Shown: piece after piece, positions 19,578 through 32,405 of the stretch
Numbering within the stretch: position 1 is the stretch's first letter
Layout of the letters: the number at the start of each line of letters is the position of its first letter
Source of the DNA: an uncultured Chlamydiae bacterium
Lineage (GTDB): Bacteria > Chlamydiota > Chlamydiia > Chlamydiales > 2-12-FULL-49-11
Assembly: GCA_937996705.1 (NCBI GenBank)
Contig: CALKUQ010000021.1
Span: forward strand, 64,527-128,526
Direction: 5' to 3'
Length of the DNA: 64,000 bases
Position numbers and translations under genes: made by a program
The notes under the pieces: generated by a model
Told to the model about the DNA's origin: nothing
Seen by the model: only the letters and a program-made list of their open reading frames with translations
The model's database searches: none

Positions 19578-22500
19578 TTATTTCTTCAAAAGCAACTCTT
19601 CCTCAACCTCATCTTCGAATGAGAACTCAAGGAAATTCTCTTGCTCTTGCTCAATATTCTTCTTCAATCTTCGGAAATATCTCTTATGTCCGGTACCTGA
19701 AGGCATTTGTTGCCCTGTGATAATATTTGATTTGAAATCGAGCAAGTAGTCTACTTTTCCTTCGCAAGCAGCATCTGTCAAGACTCTTGTAGTCTCCTGG
19801 AATGATGCAGCAGAGAAGTAAGACTCAGTTCCAAGCGATGCTTTTGTAATACCAAGCAATACTGGAGCTGCTCCTGCAGGTCTTCCACCCTCTTCAATAA
19901 CTTTTTTGTTTTGTAAGTGGAACGCTTTCTTATCAATATCCTCACCATACAAGAAGACTGTATCTCCTGGATCTGTGATACGAACTTTTTGAAGCATTTG
20001 ACGTACAATAATTTCAATATGCTTATCGTTAATATCAACCCCTTGAAGACGGTAAACTTCTTGAACTTGGTTTACAAGATACTTCTGAAGTTCTCTAACT
20101 CCGCAAATTTCAAGAATTTCTTGAAGTTTTACGAGACCTTCTGTAAGTTGCTGTCCTTTCTCAACATGATCTCCACGCTGCACAATTAAGTGTTTTGTAA
20201 GAGGAATCAAGTGTTCTTCTTCCATTCCAGTCTCTTCATCTCGTACTACAACAATTCTCTTGCTCTTCTGGACGCCTTTAAACTCAATGACACCATCAAT
20301 TTTTGCAATTTCAGCAACGTCTTTTGGTTTTCTAGCTTCGAAAAGCTCAGCAACCCTTGGAAGACCACCGGTGATATCTTTTGTTTTTACAGCGCCTTTT
20401 GGAAGACGTGCAAGCTGCTTACCAGCCTTAACAAACGCGCCATCATCTACTGAAAGGTGAGCGCCAGAAGGAATTGGATAAGAACCAACTACTTCAGCAT
20501 AATCAGAGTCTTTGTACATGATCATTTGTGGGTGAAGTTCAGCACCACGATGTTGTTTTACAACAACTTCTGTTTGTCCTGTCTGCTTATTGACAGTTTT
20601 TTGTGTTGAAATTCCTTCCACCAAGTCTTCATATTTTACATAACCTGATTTTTCGCAAATGATTGGATAGCTATATTGCTCAAGTCTTGCAATCCTATCA
20701 TTTTTTTGAACTTTAGCTCCATCTTCGATGAAAATTTGAGTTCCAAGCTCAACAGCAAAAGACTTCAACGGCTCAATAGACTTCGTTGATAGGAGCCTTT
20801 TGTATTCAGCAAGGCTTCTTCCATCATCTTTTACGATATGGAGAGCTCCGTTCTTATTAAGAACTAGCCAAACTTTTTCTTCATCGTCCCAAACAGTTCT
20901 AACATCTTGATAAATCAAGAGACCTTCGTAGTCAGAATCGATCTCTGGATTGACGTTAGAAGAAGCAATACCTCCCAAGTGGAACGTTCTCATAGTAAGC
21001 TGCGTTCCAGGTTCCCCGATCGATTGGGCTGCTATAATACCTACAGCTTCACCGAGGGCAACTTTTCTACCGTTTGCAAGGTTCGCGCCATAACATTTAG
21101 CGCAAATCCCTCTTGGAGTCTCACAAGTAAGAGCAGAACGAATTCTTATACTTTCAATACCCGCATCATCAATTGCTAACGCTTGTTCAACTGTTAAAAT
21201 ATCTCCAGCTTTTGCAAGCAACTTAGTTCTGTCGCCTGGCATGTAGATATCATCACAAACTGTTCTTGCAATAATACGATCTTTCAAAGCAAAAAGCTCT
21301 TCCTGACCCTGTTTGATTGGGGCAATCTCAATACCATTTAGAGTTCCACAATCTTCCTCGTTAACAAGGACATCTTGGGATACGTCAACAAGTCTTCTAG
21401 TTAAATAACCAGAGTCAGCTGTTTTAAGCGCCGTATCAGCAAGACCCTTCCTAGCTCCGTGAGAAGAGATAAAGTATTCAAGAACACTCAATCCTTCACG
21501 GAAATTGGAGGTAATTGGGTTTTCAATAATCTCGCCAGAAGGCTTAGCCATAAGACCTCTTAAAGCCCCAAGCTGTCTTAGCTGAGACTTATTACCCCGC
21601 GCTCCTGAATCGATCATTAGATAGAGAGGATTTAAATCTTTATTGGCAGAGGGCTTCATAATATTGCTATAAAGCGTATCTGATAGAGTTTCGGTAACTT
21701 CCGTCCAAATTGAAATAATTTTAGACTTACGCTCACCTTCTGTAATAACCCCATCCTCATACTGCTTAACAACAAGACTTGCTTTTTTATCAGCATCTGC
21801 AATCAAAGCCTTCTTAGAATCAGGAATGATAATGTCAGCAACGCCCATGGAAATTCCAGATCTAGTTGCTTGTTCAAACCCGATATCTTTGATGTTATCT
21901 AAGAATTGTACAGTTTTCTCAAGTCCTACAGTTTTGTAGATTCTTAGAATCAACTCTCCTAATGTCTTTTTACGCAAAGAGTAGTTTTGGAACCCAAGCT
22001 CTTTAGGTACAATAGTATTGAAAAGAACTCTACCTGGGGTAGTTTCAATAATTGCGCCGTCAATCACGACCTTGATTTTTTCATGGATACGAATTCCGCG
22101 CCCAAGATCATCTTTTCGCTCGCCCTCTTTTAGAGGAGCATCTCTCCAATTGTAGCTTCCAGAAGCAGACATTGCTAACACAACCTCTTCTGAAGAACCA
22201 AATATCTTAGTATGCCCACCTGTCTCCTCGCGAATAAAGATTGGATCAAACATGAGATAATAGAGACCTAAAATCATGTCCTGGCTAGGAATTGCTACTG
22301 GTTTACCAGATGAGGGCAAGAATATATTATCAGGTGCCATCATAAGAGTTTTAGCTTCAATTTGCGCTTCTATTGAAAGAGGGACGTGAACAGCCATCTG
22401 GTCACCGTCAAAGTCGGCGTTGAACGCTGTACAAACAAGAGGATGAATCCTGATCGCTTTTCCTTCTATCAGAACTGGCTCAAAGGCTTGCAATCCCAAT

Positions 22501-23795
22501 CTATGAAGAGTCGGCGCCCTGTTCAAGAGAACTGGATGACCTTTAATAATTTCTTCAAGAACATCCCAAACTTGGGGGTCAGCTCTTTGAATCATCTTCT
22601 TAGCTGATCGGATTGTATAAACAAATCCCTGATCTTTTAGTCTCTTCACAATAAATGGTTCAAATAACTCAAGCGCCATTTTTTTAGGCAGACCACACTG
22701 ATTAAACTTCAATTCTGGTCCAACAACAATTACAGAACGTCCTGAGTAGTCAACCCTCTTACCGAGAAGATTTTGTCTAAATCGTCCCTGTTTACCTTTT
22801 AACATTTCTGAAAGTGATTTTAGAGGCCTATTGCCGGCTCCCATTACTGGATGACCGTGACGACCGTTATCAAAAAGAGCATCTACTGCCTCTTGCAACA
22901 TCCTTTTTTCGTTTCTAATAATCACATCAGGAGTTTTTAACTTTAAAATCGCTTTTAGACGATTGTTACGGTTAATCACCCTTCTATACAAATCATTCAA
23001 GTCAGAAGTAGCAAATCTACCTCCATCAAGAGGAACAAGTGGTCTTAAATCTGGAGGAATAACCGGCGCAGCATGCATTACCATCCACTCAGGCTTGTTG
23101 TTTGAACCAACGAAACTTTCGATAATTTTCAAACGTTTCGCAAGCTTCATCCTAGCTTGAATTGATTTTGTCTTACGAAGTTTATCCTTTAACTCGACAA
23201 TAGTAGCCTGCATATCTTCTGTTGCCAGAAGAAGTTTTACAGCTTCGCCACCCATCATCGCCTTAAAAGCGTCAGGACCCCATTTTTCTTGAGCTTCTCT
23301 TAGCTCAACATCGTTGAGGAGCTGCTTTTTATCTAACGTGGTTCTACCTGGATCTACTACGACATATTCTTCGTAGTAAATCACCCTCTCTAAATCTCCA
23401 GAGGACATCCCTAAAATATTTCCAATACGAGAAGGTTGGGTCTTAAAAAACCAAATATGTACAACAGGAACCGCTAGATCGATATGGGCCATTCTTTGAC
23501 GTCTTACTTTAGAAAGAGTAACTTCAACGCCACAACGGTCACAAACAATTCCCTTGTGTTTGATTTTTTTATACTTACCGCAAGCACACTCCCAGTCCTT
23601 CATGGGACCGAAAATCTTCTCGCAAAACAAACCGCCCTTTTCAGGCTTAAATGTTCTATAGTTAATAGTTTCGGGTTTTTTTATTTCACCTCTAGACCAA
23701 TTATCTCGAATCACATCGTCGGAAGCGATTCTGATTGCGATGCTTTCAAAATATTTGGTCTGAAACTCTTCTTCATGCTGCTCTATATCTGACAT
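19578..23795 (-). CDS. rpoC: DNA-directed RNA polymerase subunit beta'
   Basis: 1405 aa with the NADFDGDQM catalytic motif, a zinc-binding CxCGKY...CxxCGVEV motif and full-length collinearity with bacterial RpoC. Confidence 0.98.
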   Translation of the reverse strand: MSDIEQHEEEFQTKYFESIAIRIASDDVIRDNWSRGEIKKPETINYRTFKPEKGGLFCEKIFGPMKDWECACGKYKKIKHKGIVCDRCGVEVTLSKVRRQRMAHIDLAVPVVHIWFFKTQPSRIGNILGMSSGDLERVIYYEEYVVVDPGRTTLDKKQLLNDVELREAQEKWGPDAFKAMMGGEAVKLLLATEDMQATIVELKDKLRKTKSIQARMKLAKRLKIIESFVGSNNKPEWMVMHAAPVIPPDLRPLVPLDGGRFATSDLNDLYRRVINRNNRLKAILKLKTPDVIIRNEKRMLQEAVDALFDNGRHGHPVMGAGNRPLKSLSEMLKGKQGRFRQNLLGKRVDYSGRSVIVVGPELKFNQCGLPKKMALELFEPFIVKRLKDQGFVYTIRSAKKMIQRADPQVWDVLEEIIKGHPVLLNRAPTLHRLGLQAFEPVLIEGKAIRIHPLVCTAFNADFDGDQMAVHVPLSIEAQIEAKTLMMAPDNIFLPSSGKPVAIPSQDMILGLYYLMFDPIFIREETGGHTKIFGSSEEVVLAMSASGSYNWRDAPLKEGERKDDLGRGIRIHEKIKVVIDGAIIETTPGRVLFNTIVPKELGFQNYSLRKKTLGELILRIYKTVGLEKTVQFLDNIKDIGFEQATRSGISMGVADIIIPDSKKALIADADKKASLVVKQYEDGVITEGERKSKIISIWTEVTETLSDTLYSNIMKPSANKDLNPLYLMIDSGARGNKSQLRQLGALRGLMAKPSGEIIENPITSNFREGLSVLEYFISSHGARKGLADTALKTADSGYLTRRLVDVSQDVLVNEEDCGTLNGIEIAPIKQGQEELFALKDRIIARTVCDDIYMPGDRTKLLAKAGDILTVEQALAIDDAGIESIRIRSALTCETPRGICAKCYGANLANGRKVALGEAVGIIAAQSIGEPGTQLTMRTFHLGGIASSNVNPEIDSDYEGLLIYQDVRTVWDDEEKVWLVLNKNGALHIVKDDGRSLAEYKRLLSTKSIEPLKSFAVELGTQIFIEDGAKVQKNDRIARLEQYSYPIICEKSGYVKYEDLVEGISTQKTVNKQTGQTEVVVKQHRGAELHPQMIMYKDSDYAEVVGSYPIPSGAHLSVDDGAFVKAGKQLARLPKGAVKTKDITGGLPRVAELFEARKPKDVAEIAKIDGVIEFKGVQKSKRIVVVRDEETGMEEEHLIPLTKHLIVQRGDHVEKGQQLTEGLVKLQEILEICGVRELQKYLVNQVQEVYRLQGVDINDKHIEIIVRQMLQKVRITDPGDTVFLYGEDIDKKAFHLQNKKVIEEGGRPAGAAPVLLGITKASLGTESYFSAASFQETTRVLTDAACEGKVDYLLDFKSNIITGQQMPSGTGHKRYFRRLKKNIEQEQENFLEFSFEDEVEEELLLKK

Positions 23796-23822
23796 TAAAA
23801 CTCTCCAAAAGAGGATTAAAAT

Positions 23823-26800
23823 TTAACTTTCTAAAACTGTTTCTGCTGTTATATCAAGGCAAAGCCCTTGCATCTCTTTAATAAGCACATTGAACGATTC
23901 AGGAGTTCCCGCTTTCAGCGTGTTTTCCCCTTTCACGATCGACTCATAGATACGAGTTCTTCCGGCCACATCGTCTGATTTTACAGTCAACATTTCCTGG
24001 AGTAAATTCGCAGCACCGTATGCTTCAAGCGCCCAAACTTCCATCTCCCCGAATCTCTGACCACCCTGCTGAGCTTTACCGCCAAGAGGTTGTTGAGTTA
24101 CAAGTGAATATGGACCAATAGCACGCGCATGTATCTTATCATCAACAAGGTGTGATAGTTTAAGCATGTAAATAATACCCACAACGATAGGATTGTCGAA
24201 CCGTTCTCCAGTTCTACCATCATATAAGTAAGATTTACCGTCTTTACGAAGACCAGCTTTCTCCATCATCTTCCAGATTTCAGATTCAGCAAATCCTTCA
24301 AATACAGGGCTCTTCACATAAACGCCCGTTTTTCTAGCGGCATATCCAAGGTGAGTCTCAAGCATTTGACCCAAGTTCATCCTAGATGGCACCCCAAGCG
24401 GATTTAAAATGATCTCAACTGTTTCTCCATTTTCAAGATACGGCATATCAGCAACAGGAACGAGTTTTGAAACCACCCCTTTATTACCGTGACGTCCAGC
24501 CATCTTATCGCCCACTTGCAACTTTCTCTTTGTTGCAATGTAAACTTTAACCTGACGGATAACGCCAGCATCGAGCTCAACATCGCCTTTTCGAATGAAT
24601 TCAGTCTCTGACTTATACTGAGATTCCAGCATCGCCAAAGCTTTTTTATGTTCAATTAAAATCTCTTTCATTGAGTCATAAGCTTCACATGCAGGAATAA
24701 TCAAATCTTCTAAATTCTCTTGCTCGATAGTCTCTAGAATTTCTTGAGTAACCTCATCCCCGTCTTTTAAAAGAATGTTACCAGTCTTTCTATGGAGAAT
24801 CGATGCTGGGGCTACATCATCAAGGAGAAGCGCTCCTAATTTTTCATGAAGTTCAAGCTGTAATTCATCTTCTTTCTCTTTGAATTCATTTTGAACATCT
24901 TGAACTTTTGAGCGTTCCTCTACCATTTCATCATCTGTTTTCGACAAACGATCTCTACGGCTGAACACCTTAACATCCATTACGAAACCTTCTGTTCCAG
25001 GAGGTGCAACAAGAGAGGCATCCTTAACATCAGCTGCTTTTTCGCCAAAAATAGCTCTCAATAGACGCTCTTCTGGAGAAAGCTCAGTCTCTGATTTCGG
25101 AGTAATTTTTCCAACCAAGATATCTCCTGGTTTCACGTGTGCTCCGATCCGAACGATACCATCCTCACCCAGATTTCTTAATGCCTCTTCTGATACATTA
25201 GGAATATCTTTTGTAATCTCTTCTTTTCCGAGCTTTGTGTCTCGAGCTGTTAACTCAAACTCTTCAAGATAAATAGAGGTGTAATAATCTTCTCGAATCA
25301 ACTTCTCAGAAATGATAATCGCATCTTCATAGTTATACCCGCACCATGGCATAAACGCTACAACGACGTTTTTACCTAGAGCAACTTCCCCACGATCTGT
25401 AGAAGGACCATCTGCGATAATATCTCCTGCCTTAACAACATCACCCACGTTAACAAGCGGTGTCTGGTTAAGACAAGTACCAGCATTGGTTCTCATAAAT
25501 TTCTTCAAGACGTAAGTTTTCTTCATTAGCGGATTCGCTTTGAGCGCTACTATGATTTGGAATCCGTCAACATACTCAACAGTTCCATCTTCTTCGACAA
25601 TAATTACTGCTCCTGAGTCTTTTGCAGCTCTCATCTCAACACCTGTTCCTACGATTGGGGAATCGGTTTTGAGTAGTGGCACCGCTTGACGTTGCATGTT
25701 AGAACCCATAAGAGCCCTGTTAGCATCATCGTGCTCAAGAAACGGAATAAGCCCTGTTACAATAGATACGAGCTGTTTTGGAGAGACGTCCATGTGGGTA
25801 ATCTTGCTGGAATCGATTTTCAAAGATTCTGCATTAAATCTTGCCCATGTAACATCTTCTTTAAACATATTAAATTCGTCCAAAGGAGCAGAAGCCTGAG
25901 CTATGACACATCTCTCTTCTTGATCGGCTGTCATATACTCAATCTCTTCAGTCACAACACCCTCTTTTACAATACGATAAGGTGTTTCGATGAATCCAAA
26001 TTCATTTATCTTCGCAAATGTTGAAAGGGAAACAATCAATCCAATGTTCGGTCCTTCAGGAGTTTCAATAGGACAGACTCTACCGTAGTGGCTAGAGTGA
26101 ACGTCTCGTACTTCAAATCCTGCTCTCTCTCTATTCAAGCCGCCGGGCCCTAAAGAAGAGAGTCTTCTCTTGTGAGTAAGTTCTGCAACTGGATTGGTTT
26201 GATCCATAAACTGTGACAACTGTGATCTTCCAAAGAAATCTTTAATAACAGATTGGAAGCCCTTTGCAGAGATTACCTTTCCTGGAGTTAACGTATCAGA
26301 AGCAAAATCAAAAAGATTTAAGCGCTCCTTGATAATTTTTTCCATTCTTACAAAACCAATTCTGCACTGATTTTGAACAAGCTCACCAACAGATCTAACT
26401 CGTCTGTTTGCCAAATGATCAATGTCATCGATCTGAGCATTCTCATCACCCTGACGAAGACGAATCACATATTTAATAGCTTGAACAATATCTTCTTTAC
26501 GAAGAACCACTTGATTTAATATTTCATCGGAAAGTTCTAAATTTAATTTTTTATTAAGCTTATATCTTCCAACTTTTCCTAAATTATAACGTTTAGGATC
26601 GAAAAATAGCCTCATAATCAAAGATCTAGCATTTGAAAGAGTTGCAGGTTCGCCCGGTCTCATTTTTCTATAAACATCTTTCAATGCAGATTCATAAGAG
26701 TCTGTGGGATCTTTCGCAAGCATTCTGATAATAGGACTAGTCTCATCTGCATCTTCAGCAACGCGGATCATCGGAATATCTGCATCAAGGATACGCTTGA

Positions 26801-27587
26801 GCATTGCAGTTGTTAACTTTTCAGAAGCTTTTCCATAAACTATGCCATTTTCTTCATCAACAACATCTTCTGCGAGAATTTTTCCTACGATTTTAGCAAA
26901 ATCTTTGTCAGATTTTACTTTAATTTTACGTGTGCTAAAAAACTCTTCAATGATATCTGCATCTGTGGAGTATCCCAGAGTTCTAATGAAAGAGGTAGCT
27001 AAAACTTTTCTTCTTCTCTTTTTCTTATCAACATAAACATAAATAAGGTCATTAATATCAAATGCCGCTTCTAACCAACTGCCTCTATAAGGAATGATTC
27101 GGAACGAATAGAGAGTGTTTCCTTTTGGATGTTTCTCTTCTTCGAAGCAAATACCAGGAGATCTATGGAGTTGAGAAACTATAACTCTTTCAGCACCATT
27201 AATAACAAACGTACCTCTCTCAGTCATGAGAGGCAAAGTACCCATGTAAACTTCTTCTTCTTTAATACCCGTTTCATCAGTGAGTTTGAATTTGGCTTTT
27301 AATGCTGCATTATACGTAATACCTCTTCTGATGCACTCTTCAGGAGTATATTTTGGCACACCCAAATTGTAAGAGAGATATTCTAGTATGATTTTTTCAT
27401 CAAAACTTTTAACTGGGAAAACTTCTCGAAATACCTCTTCGACTCCGACGTTTTCTCTCTCATGTGGAAATTTTTCCGCTTGTAAAAAGTCTCTATAAGA
27501 CTTTACCTGAACTTCAATTAAGTTAGGAAGATCAATGATTTCTTCACGCTTCTTGAAACTCACCCGATTAGGTGGTCTTTTCAACAT
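23823..27587 (-). CDS. rpoB: DNA-directed RNA polymerase subunit beta
   Basis: Full-length RpoB with [10 protein letters not shown] and [15 protein letters not shown] motifs. I prefer ATG 27587 ([11 protein letters not shown]), preceded by GAGGGGA. The ORF-track N-terminal extension to 27644 is unlikely. Confidence 0.97.
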   Translation of the reverse strand: MLKRPPNRVSFKKREEIIDLPNLIEVQVKSYRDFLQAEKFPHERENVGVEEVFREVFPVKSFDEKIILEYLSYNLGVPKYTPEECIRRGITYNAALKAKFKLTDETGIKEEEVYMGTLPLMTERGTFVINGAERVIVSQLHRSPGICFEEEKHPKGNTLYSFRIIPYRGSWLEAAFDINDLIYVYVDKKKRRRKVLATSFIRTLGYSTDADIIEEFFSTRKIKVKSDKDFAKIVGKILAEDVVDEENGIVYGKASEKLTTAMLKRILDADIPMIRVAEDADETSPIIRMLAKDPTDSYESALKDVYRKMRPGEPATLSNARSLIMRLFFDPKRYNLGKVGRYKLNKKLNLELSDEILNQVVLRKEDIVQAIKYVIRLRQGDENAQIDDIDHLANRRVRSVGELVQNQCRIGFVRMEKIIKERLNLFDFASDTLTPGKVISAKGFQSVIKDFFGRSQLSQFMDQTNPVAELTHKRRLSSLGPGGLNRERAGFEVRDVHSSHYGRVCPIETPEGPNIGLIVSLSTFAKINEFGFIETPYRIVKEGVVTEEIEYMTADQEERCVIAQASAPLDEFNMFKEDVTWARFNAESLKIDSSKITHMDVSPKQLVSIVTGLIPFLEHDDANRALMGSNMQRQAVPLLKTDSPIVGTGVEMRAAKDSGAVIIVEEDGTVEYVDGFQIIVALKANPLMKKTYVLKKFMRTNAGTCLNQTPLVNVGDVVKAGDIIADGPSTDRGEVALGKNVVVAFMPWCGYNYEDAIIISEKLIREDYYTSIYLEEFELTARDTKLGKEEITKDIPNVSEEALRNLGEDGIVRIGAHVKPGDILVGKITPKSETELSPEERLLRAIFGEKAADVKDASLVAPPGTEGFVMDVKVFSRRDRLSKTDDEMVEERSKVQDVQNEFKEKEDELQLELHEKLGALLLDDVAPASILHRKTGNILLKDGDEVTQEILETIEQENLEDLIIPACEAYDSMKEILIEHKKALAMLESQYKSETEFIRKGDVELDAGVIRQVKVYIATKRKLQVGDKMAGRHGNKGVVSKLVPVADMPYLENGETVEIILNPLGVPSRMNLGQMLETHLGYAARKTGVYVKSPVFEGFAESEIWKMMEKAGLRKDGKSYLYDGRTGERFDNPIVVGIIYMLKLSHLVDDKIHARAIGPYSLVTQQPLGGKAQQGGQRFGEMEVWALEAYGAANLLQEMLTVKSDDVAGRTRIYESIVKGENTLKAGTPESFNVLIKEMQGLCLDITAETVLES

Positions 27588-27691
27588 ACTGTCCCCTCTA
27601 AAGCAAAGATTGTTAACTAAACCAAAAGAACAGAAAGTCCTCACAACAAGGAACTTCCTGCTCTAATTATAAAACCGAAGACAAATATGTC

Positions 27692-28087
27692 TTACATGCC
27701 TTTTACTTCTACTTTAGCACCAGCTTCTTCAAGCTTCTTCTTAAGCTCTTCAGCGTCAGTTTTCTTGATTTTTTCTTTTACTGGCTTAGTAGCATCTCCT
27801 GCTTCAACAAAAGCTTTCGCTTCGCCTAGGCCAAGACCTGTTGCTTCACGAACAGCTTTAATTATGCTGATTTTTTTGTCAGCTGGAATTTCTTTCAAGT
27901 AAACATTAAATTCTGTTGACTCTTCTGCTGCTGGCGCTGCCGCTGCTGCTGCTGCCATTGGCATTGCTACAGCTGCTGCCGCTGCTTGCACGCCCCATTT
28001 TTCTTCTAGTAATTTTTTCAAGTTAGCTAGATCAAGCACGGTAAGTTGGCTTAATGTTTCTACAATCTGATCAAGTTGTTGACTCAC
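27692..28087 (-). CDS. rplL: 50S ribosomal protein L7/L12
   Basis: 131 aa with an Ala-rich hinge ([21 protein letters not shown]) and a C-terminal domain ending [13 protein letters not shown]. Confidence 0.97.
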   Translation of the reverse strand: MSQQLDQIVETLSQLTVLDLANLKKLLEEKWGVQAAAAAVAMPMAAAAAAAPAAEESTEFNVYLKEIPADKKISIIKAVREATGLGLGEAKAFVEAGDATKPVKEKIKKTDAEELKKKLEEAGAKVEVKGM

Positions 28088-28111
28088 GGTTTTACCTCTT
28101 TAAGTTTAAAT

Positions 28112-28624
28112 TCATTCTTTTTTAGCTTTATTATCCAAGCAATAAATGACGCTACATAGCATAGCTTGGACCACTCCTAGTGTTTGCGTCATTGGTGCTG
28201 CTAGCAATCCTAAGAATTGCGCACGCATTTCGTCTTGTGTTGGAAGCGCAGAAATCTGCTCTACCTCTTCTGCCGAACATTTTTTGCCCTCAAAATGGCC
28301 CCCCAATACATCTAGTGTATTCACGAACTCTTTTTTGAAAGCGTAGAGCTCCTTAGTCATTTTAAGGAAATTGTCTTTCGAAAAAGCAAGACCTACATGA
28401 CCATTTAACTCCTTAACATTATAAACTAAGTTTAAATCCTTAGCCGCCTTCACAAAAACTCTTTTCTTCATTACAAAAAAGTCTCCACCTGTCTCGACTA
28501 ATCTATTTCGAAACCCAGCGAAAGCATTTGCATTAATACCACGATAGCTAGCTAAAATAAATCCAACAGATGGGTCTATTTTGCCCTTAACTTCTTCTAA
28601 AAATATCTCTTTTTCCGCTAACAT
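28112..28624 (-). CDS. rplJ: 50S ribosomal protein L10
   Basis: 170 aa in the conserved position between rplA and rplL, with an L10-like sequence. Confidence 0.93.
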   Translation of the reverse strand: MLAEKEIFLEEVKGKIDPSVGFILASYRGINANAFAGFRNRLVETGGDFFVMKKRVFVKAAKDLNLVYNVKELNGHVGLAFSKDNFLKMTKELYAFKKEFVNTLDVLGGHFEGKKCSAEEVEQISALPTQDEMRAQFLGLLAAPMTQTLGVVQAMLCSVIYCLDNKAKKE

Positions 28625-28627
28625 ACC

Positions 28628-29326
28628 TTATCCTGCTTGCACACCATGATAATCAATTCCAAGACCTGGCCCCATTGTGCTAGACATAGAAACTGACTTA
28701 ATAAAATTACCTTTTACACTTACTGGACGAGCTTTAGCTATCGCTTCTAGAAGAGATGCCAAATTCCCCATTAAATGCTCCAAAGAGAAAGAAATCTTAC
28801 CAAAAACGGTGTTTAAATTACCATTTTTATCTACTTTAAATTCAATCTTTCCCGCTTTGATGTCGCGAATTGCTCCAGCAACATCATTTGTTACTGTTCC
28901 AGCTTTAGGAGTTGGCATTAGCCCTCTTGGACCCAAAACCTTTCCTAGCTTTCCGACAAGTCTCATCATGTCAGGAGTTGCTACAACTTCAGTAAAATCG
29001 ACCCAGCCTTGACTAATTTTATCAGCTAAATCTTCAGCTCCTACGTAGTCAGCTCCAGCTTCTTTTGCCTCTTTTTCCTTATCACCCTTAGCAAACACAA
29101 GAATCACAGACTTTTTACCAGTACCAAATGGCAGACTTACTGTCCCTCTTACTTGCTGATCCGCCTTTTTTGGATCAACGTTAAGAGCTAGGCTGAGTTC
29201 CATTGTTTGATCAAATTTAGGCATAGGAACCGATTTTAAAACCTCAATCGCCTCTTTTGCTGAATAATTCTTAACCAAATCAAGTTTGCTTACAGAATCT
29301 CTCAATCGTTTACTTTTATATCTCAT
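28628..29326 (-). CDS. rplA: 50S ribosomal protein L1
   Basis: 232 aa with L1 motifs ([19 protein letters not shown]). Confidence 0.96.
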   Translation of the reverse strand: MRYKSKRLRDSVSKLDLVKNYSAKEAIEVLKSVPMPKFDQTMELSLALNVDPKKADQQVRGTVSLPFGTGKKSVILVFAKGDKEKEAKEAGADYVGAEDLADKISQGWVDFTEVVATPDMMRLVGKLGKVLGPRGLMPTPKAGTVTNDVAGAIRDIKAGKIEFKVDKNGNLNTVFGKISFSLEHLMGNLASLLEAIAKARPVSVKGNFIKSVSMSSTMGPGLGIDYHGVQAG

Positions 29327-29754
29327 AGCTCCACCTCTACACCCATAGATCTAGCAGTACCTGCAACAAGTCTTGCCGCAGCTTCTTCGTCGCCTGCTCT
29401 CAATCGAAAATCTGGCTTCTTTCTTTTTACAATATTCATAACCTGTGCCTTAGTAAGTTTTCCAACTTTATCACGGTTAGGAACTTTAGAACCTTTAGTG
29501 ATTCCTGCTTCTTTTTTAATCAACTCTGAAACTGGTGGTTGTTTAGTAATAAAACTAAATGTTTTATCTTGATACACAGTAATTACTGTGGGCAAAATAT
29601 CACTTCCACCCTGGGTTTTAGCATTAAACTCTTTACAAAAAGCCATAATGTTAACGCCAGCTGCTCCAAGTGCAGGCCCAATCGGTGGGGCAGGGTTCGC
29701 CTTTCCTGCTGGAATTTGGAGCTTAATTTCTTTTAAAACTTTCTTCTTAGCCAT
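29323..29754 (-). CDS. rplK: 50S ribosomal protein L11
   Basis: 143 aa with [24 protein letters not shown] overlap with rplA. Confidence 0.97.
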   Translation of the reverse strand: MAKKKVLKEIKLQIPAGKANPAPPIGPALGAAGVNIMAFCKEFNAKTQGGSDILPTVITVYQDKTFSFITKQPPVSELIKKEAGITKGSKVPNRDKVGKLTKAQVMNIVKRKKPDFRLRAGDEEAAARLVAGTARSMGVEVEL

Positions 29755-29763
29755 CTGATGTCC

Positions 29764-30303
29764 TTATTCAACTGCATTTTTTTCAACTTGCCAAAACTCA
29801 AGATCATCTACTCGTGTATCTCTTCCGAAAATAGAGACAAGCACGCTGAGTCTACCTTTTTCTTGGAAAACTTCGGTCACTGTTCCTGCGAAGTTCACAA
29901 AAACACCATCGATAATTTTAACTGGATCCCCAGCTCTAATATCGTGTTTATGCACAACTTCCTCTTTTTTCTTTCTCAAATCATTGAGTATATCTTCTAC
30001 TTCTTTATCAGACAAAGGCGTTGGCGCGCCTCCACCCAAAAAGTCAACAACACCATTTGTCTCTTTTATAAAGTGCCAACTTTCATCAGTTAAAACCATC
30101 TTTACCAAAAGATATCCAGGCCAAATCAACTTCTCTAAAACCTTTTGATCGCCCTTCTTGATATCGAGAACATTCTCAGTAGGCAAAAGGATTTCTTGAA
30201 TAAAATCTTTCATGCCCATTTTCTCAAGATTTTCTTCAATTGTCTTCTTAGCCTTTTTCTCACGACTTGTTAAGACTTGCAGAATGTACCACTTATAATT
30301 CAT
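29764..30303 (-). CDS. nusG: Transcription termination/antitermination factor NusG
   Basis: 179 aa with an N-terminal NGN domain (WYILQVLTSREKK) and a C-terminal KOW domain (GDPVKIIDGVFVNFAGTV). Confidence 0.95.
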   Translation of the reverse strand: MNYKWYILQVLTSREKKAKKTIEENLEKMGMKDFIQEILLPTENVLDIKKGDQKVLEKLIWPGYLLVKMVLTDESWHFIKETNGVVDFLGGGAPTPLSDKEVEDILNDLRKKKEEVVHKHDIRAGDPVKIIDGVFVNFAGTVTEVFQEKGRLSVLVSIFGRDTRVDDLEFWQVEKNAVE

Positions 30304-30305
30304 TT

Positions 30306-30548
30306 CTAACCTATCACTTTATAAACTAAGGCGTGTAAACCATTTAAACTTCCCTGGACCACTAAATCGACTAAGTAAACTCCAAACCCAAAAACAAAAG
30401 TCGATCCCACAACAATTTTAGTAGAAAGAAAAAGCTCTTCCTTAGCTGGCCAAGAGACTTTTTTTAACTCCTCTTTAAGCCCTCTAATATAACCTCTTGT
30501 CATTTGACTTTTTGTCTCCTGATTTAGGGTAACTACTTCTTCGTTCAA
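30306..30548 (-). CDS. secE: Preprotein translocase subunit SecE
   Basis: 80 aa with EELKKVSWP followed by a single TM helix, immediately upstream of nusG. The start codon is uncertain: either TTG at 30548 or the internal ATG at 30503. Confidence 0.85.
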   Translation of the reverse strand: MNEEVVTLNQETKSQMTRGYIRGLKEELKKVSWPAKEELFLSTKIVVGSTFVFGFGVYLVDLVVQGSLNGLHALVYKVIG

Positions 30549-30569
30549 ATCACCACCTATTCCTATTTG

Positions 30570-30642
30570 CGAGTGCGGAGGGTCTCGAACCCCCGACCTA
30601 CGGCTTTGGAGACCGTCGCTCTACCAATTGAGCTACACACCC
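30570..30642 (-). tRNA. tRNA-Trp (anticodon CCA)
   Basis: I folded the minus-strand sequence GGGTGTGTAGCTCAATTGGTAGAGCGACGGTCTCCAAAGCCGTAGGTCGGGGGTTCGAGACCCTCCGCACTCG manually into a cloverleaf. The anticodon loop is CTCCAAA. No 3' CCA is encoded. Confidence 0.92.
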
Positions 30643-30644
30643 TT

Positions 30645-30680
30645 ATAAAAATTGAGAGGAGAATTTTACTCCTCCTCTCA
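30645..30680 (-). terminator. Rho-independent terminator downstream of tuf
   Basis: On the minus strand, a 9-bp stem TGAGAGGAG/CTCCTCTCA with a 10-nt loop is followed by ATTTTTAT. Confidence 0.6.
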
Positions 30681-30688
30681 GGCTAACT

Positions 30689-31873
30689 TTATACAAGGAT
30701 CTTCGCAACTGTTCCAGCGCCGATTGTACGACCACCTTCACGAATTGCAAAACGCATTCCTTCTTCCATCGCGATTGGTGAAATCAATTCTCCTGTAATT
30801 CGGATATTGTCACCTGGCATTACCATCTCTGTTCCAGCTGGTAAATGGAGAGTTCCTGTAACGTCTGTTGTTCTAAAATAGAACTGTGGACGGTAACCAT
30901 CAAAGAAAGGCTTATGTCTTCCACCCTCTTCTTTAGTTAGGATGTACACTTCACCTTCAAATTTTGTATGAGGCTTACATGTACCAGGAGCAACGAGAAC
31001 CATTCCTCTTTCGATATCATTTTTTTCAATACCGCGTAGAAGAATACCTACGTTCTCTCCCGCTCTACCTTCATCAAGAGTTTTGTTAAACATCTCAACA
31101 CCAGTAACAACAGTCTCTTTTGTCGGTCTTAGACCTACAAGTTCTGCTTTAGCGTTAACGTTGATAATTCCACGTTCGATTCTTCCAGTAGCAACTGTTC
31201 CTCTACCTGAAATGGAGAAAACGTCTTCAATTGGCATTAGGAAAGGCTTGTCAACCTCACGAACTGGAGTTGGAATGCTTTCATCAACTGCATCCATCAA
31301 ATCTTCAACTGTTTTTTCCCATACTGGATCGCCTTCAAGCGCTTTTAGTCCAGAACCTTTAACAATTTTAACGTTTTTATAACCTTGTGCTTCTAAAAGC
31401 TCAGAAATTTCCATCTCTACTAGATCTAGAAGTTCTTCATCACCTTTAGCAATCATATCCACTTTGTTTATGAATACTACGATCGCTGGAACACCCACTT
31501 GTCTTGCAAGGAGAATGTGTTCTTTAGTTTGTGGCATAGCACCATCAGTAGCAGCAACTACAAGAATCGCTCCATCCATCTGAGCCGCACCAGTGATCAT
31601 GTTTTTGACGTAGTCGGCGTGACCTGGGCAGTCAACGTGAGCATAGTGCCTGTTAGCTGTTTCGTATTCAACATGGCTAGCATTGATTGTAATACCACGC
31701 GCTTTCTCTTCTGGCGCATTGTCAATTGTGTCGTATCCTCTAAACTTAGCTCCACCTTTTTTTGATAAAACTTTGGTGATCGCTGCAGTTAAAGTAGTTT
31801 TTCCATGGTCAACGTGACCGATGGTACCAATATTAACGTGGGGTTTATCCCTTTTAAAACTTTCTTTTGCCAT
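30689..31873 (-). CDS. tuf: Elongation factor Tu
   Basis: 394 aa with [18 protein letters not shown] and NKVD, and very high similarity to chlamydial EF-Tu. Confidence 0.98.
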   Translation of the reverse strand: MAKESFKRDKPHVNIGTIGHVDHGKTTLTAAITKVLSKKGGAKFRGYDTIDNAPEEKARGITINASHVEYETANRHYAHVDCPGHADYVKNMITGAAQMDGAILVVAATDGAMPQTKEHILLARQVGVPAIVVFINKVDMIAKGDEELLDLVEMEISELLEAQGYKNVKIVKGSGLKALEGDPVWEKTVEDLMDAVDESIPTPVREVDKPFLMPIEDVFSISGRGTVATGRIERGIINVNAKAELVGLRPTKETVVTGVEMFNKTLDEGRAGENVGILLRGIEKNDIERGMVLVAPGTCKPHTKFEGEVYILTKEEGGRHKPFFDGYRPQFYFRTTDVTGTLHLPAGTEMVMPGDNIRITGELISPIAMEEGMRFAIREGGRTIGAGTVAKILV

Positions 31874-31915
31874 TTAGAAATTCCTCCGAAAGACCTTAAA
31901 AATATTTCTCTACCT

Positions 31916-31987
31916 TGCCCAAAACAGGAATCGAACCTGCGACCCCTTGCTTACCATGCAAGTGCTCTACCTCTGAGCTATCTGGGC
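31916..31987 (-). tRNA. tRNA-Thr (anticodon GGT)
   Basis: The minus-strand sequence GCCCAGATAGCTCAGAGGTAGAGCACTTGCATGGTAAGCAAGGGGTCGCAGGTTCGATTCCTGTTTTGGGCA folds as a cloverleaf with anticodon loop ATGGTAA. It sits in the conserved position upstream of tuf. Confidence 0.92.
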
Positions 31988-32107
31988 TGAGCAACTATTT
32001 CGTTCCTGTTTATACTATCAAATTAAAACTTATCTCTTAAAACAAAGAATGCCCAAGAGCATATCCTTATTTCAAAAAAAATGCAAGACCATTCTCTAAA
32101 AAATTCA

Positions 32108-32329
32108 TCATTTTTGTCGATACGTGATCCGGCCCTTAGTTAAATCATAAGAAGACATCTCTACTGTCACCTTATCACCTACTAAAACCCTTATATTTCT
32201 CATTCTCATTTTTCCACAAAGATGCGCATGGATATTCACACCATTTGAAAGCTCAACCACAAAAGTCATATTTGGGAGAAGCTCTTTTACAACCCCTTCC
32301 AACTCCATCATATCTTCTTTATTCGACAT
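32108..32329 (-). CDS. infA: Translation initiation factor IF-1
   Basis: 73-aa S1-like OB fold, with the end of the protein ...[11 protein letters not shown] typical of IF-1. Confidence 0.96.
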   Translation of the reverse strand: MSNKEDMMELEGVVKELLPNMTFVVELSNGVNIHAHLCGKMRMRNIRVLVGDKVTVEMSSYDLTKGRITYRQK

Positions 32330-32405
32330 ATTCGATGTATCCTTGCGTTCTTAACTCAAATCTGTTGAACCATAATAGTAAAACTCCTATTATTCTCAAA
32401 GAAAA

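Noticed and set aside
19778-27036. Many 60-112-aa ORFs in the track lie inside or antisense to rpoC and rpoB (for example 19917-20189, 20190-20453, 23484-23792, 25686-26024).
   Set aside because: They are fully embedded in highly conserved RNA polymerase genes. They have low-complexity, non-protein-like composition and no RBS. They are expected by chance in long AT-rich genes.
27588-27644. N-terminal extensions proposed by the ORF track for rpoB (27644), tal (19126), atpA (16178), MYG1 (44197), the repeat protein (40075), GT17 (53778) and the glycosyltransferase at 4957.
   Set aside because: Each extension starts at a non-ATG codon or lacks an RBS. In each case an internal ATG has a clear Shine-Dalgarno and gives the family-typical N-terminus.
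27588-27691. Possible rplL-rpoB attenuator hairpin (AAGACA-TATT-TGTCTT followed by CGGTTTTAT on the minus strand, about 27671-27693).
   Set aside because: The stem is only 6 bp, it overlaps the rplL stop codon and the T-run is weak. It is plausible by analogy with E. coli but not supportable from sequence alone.
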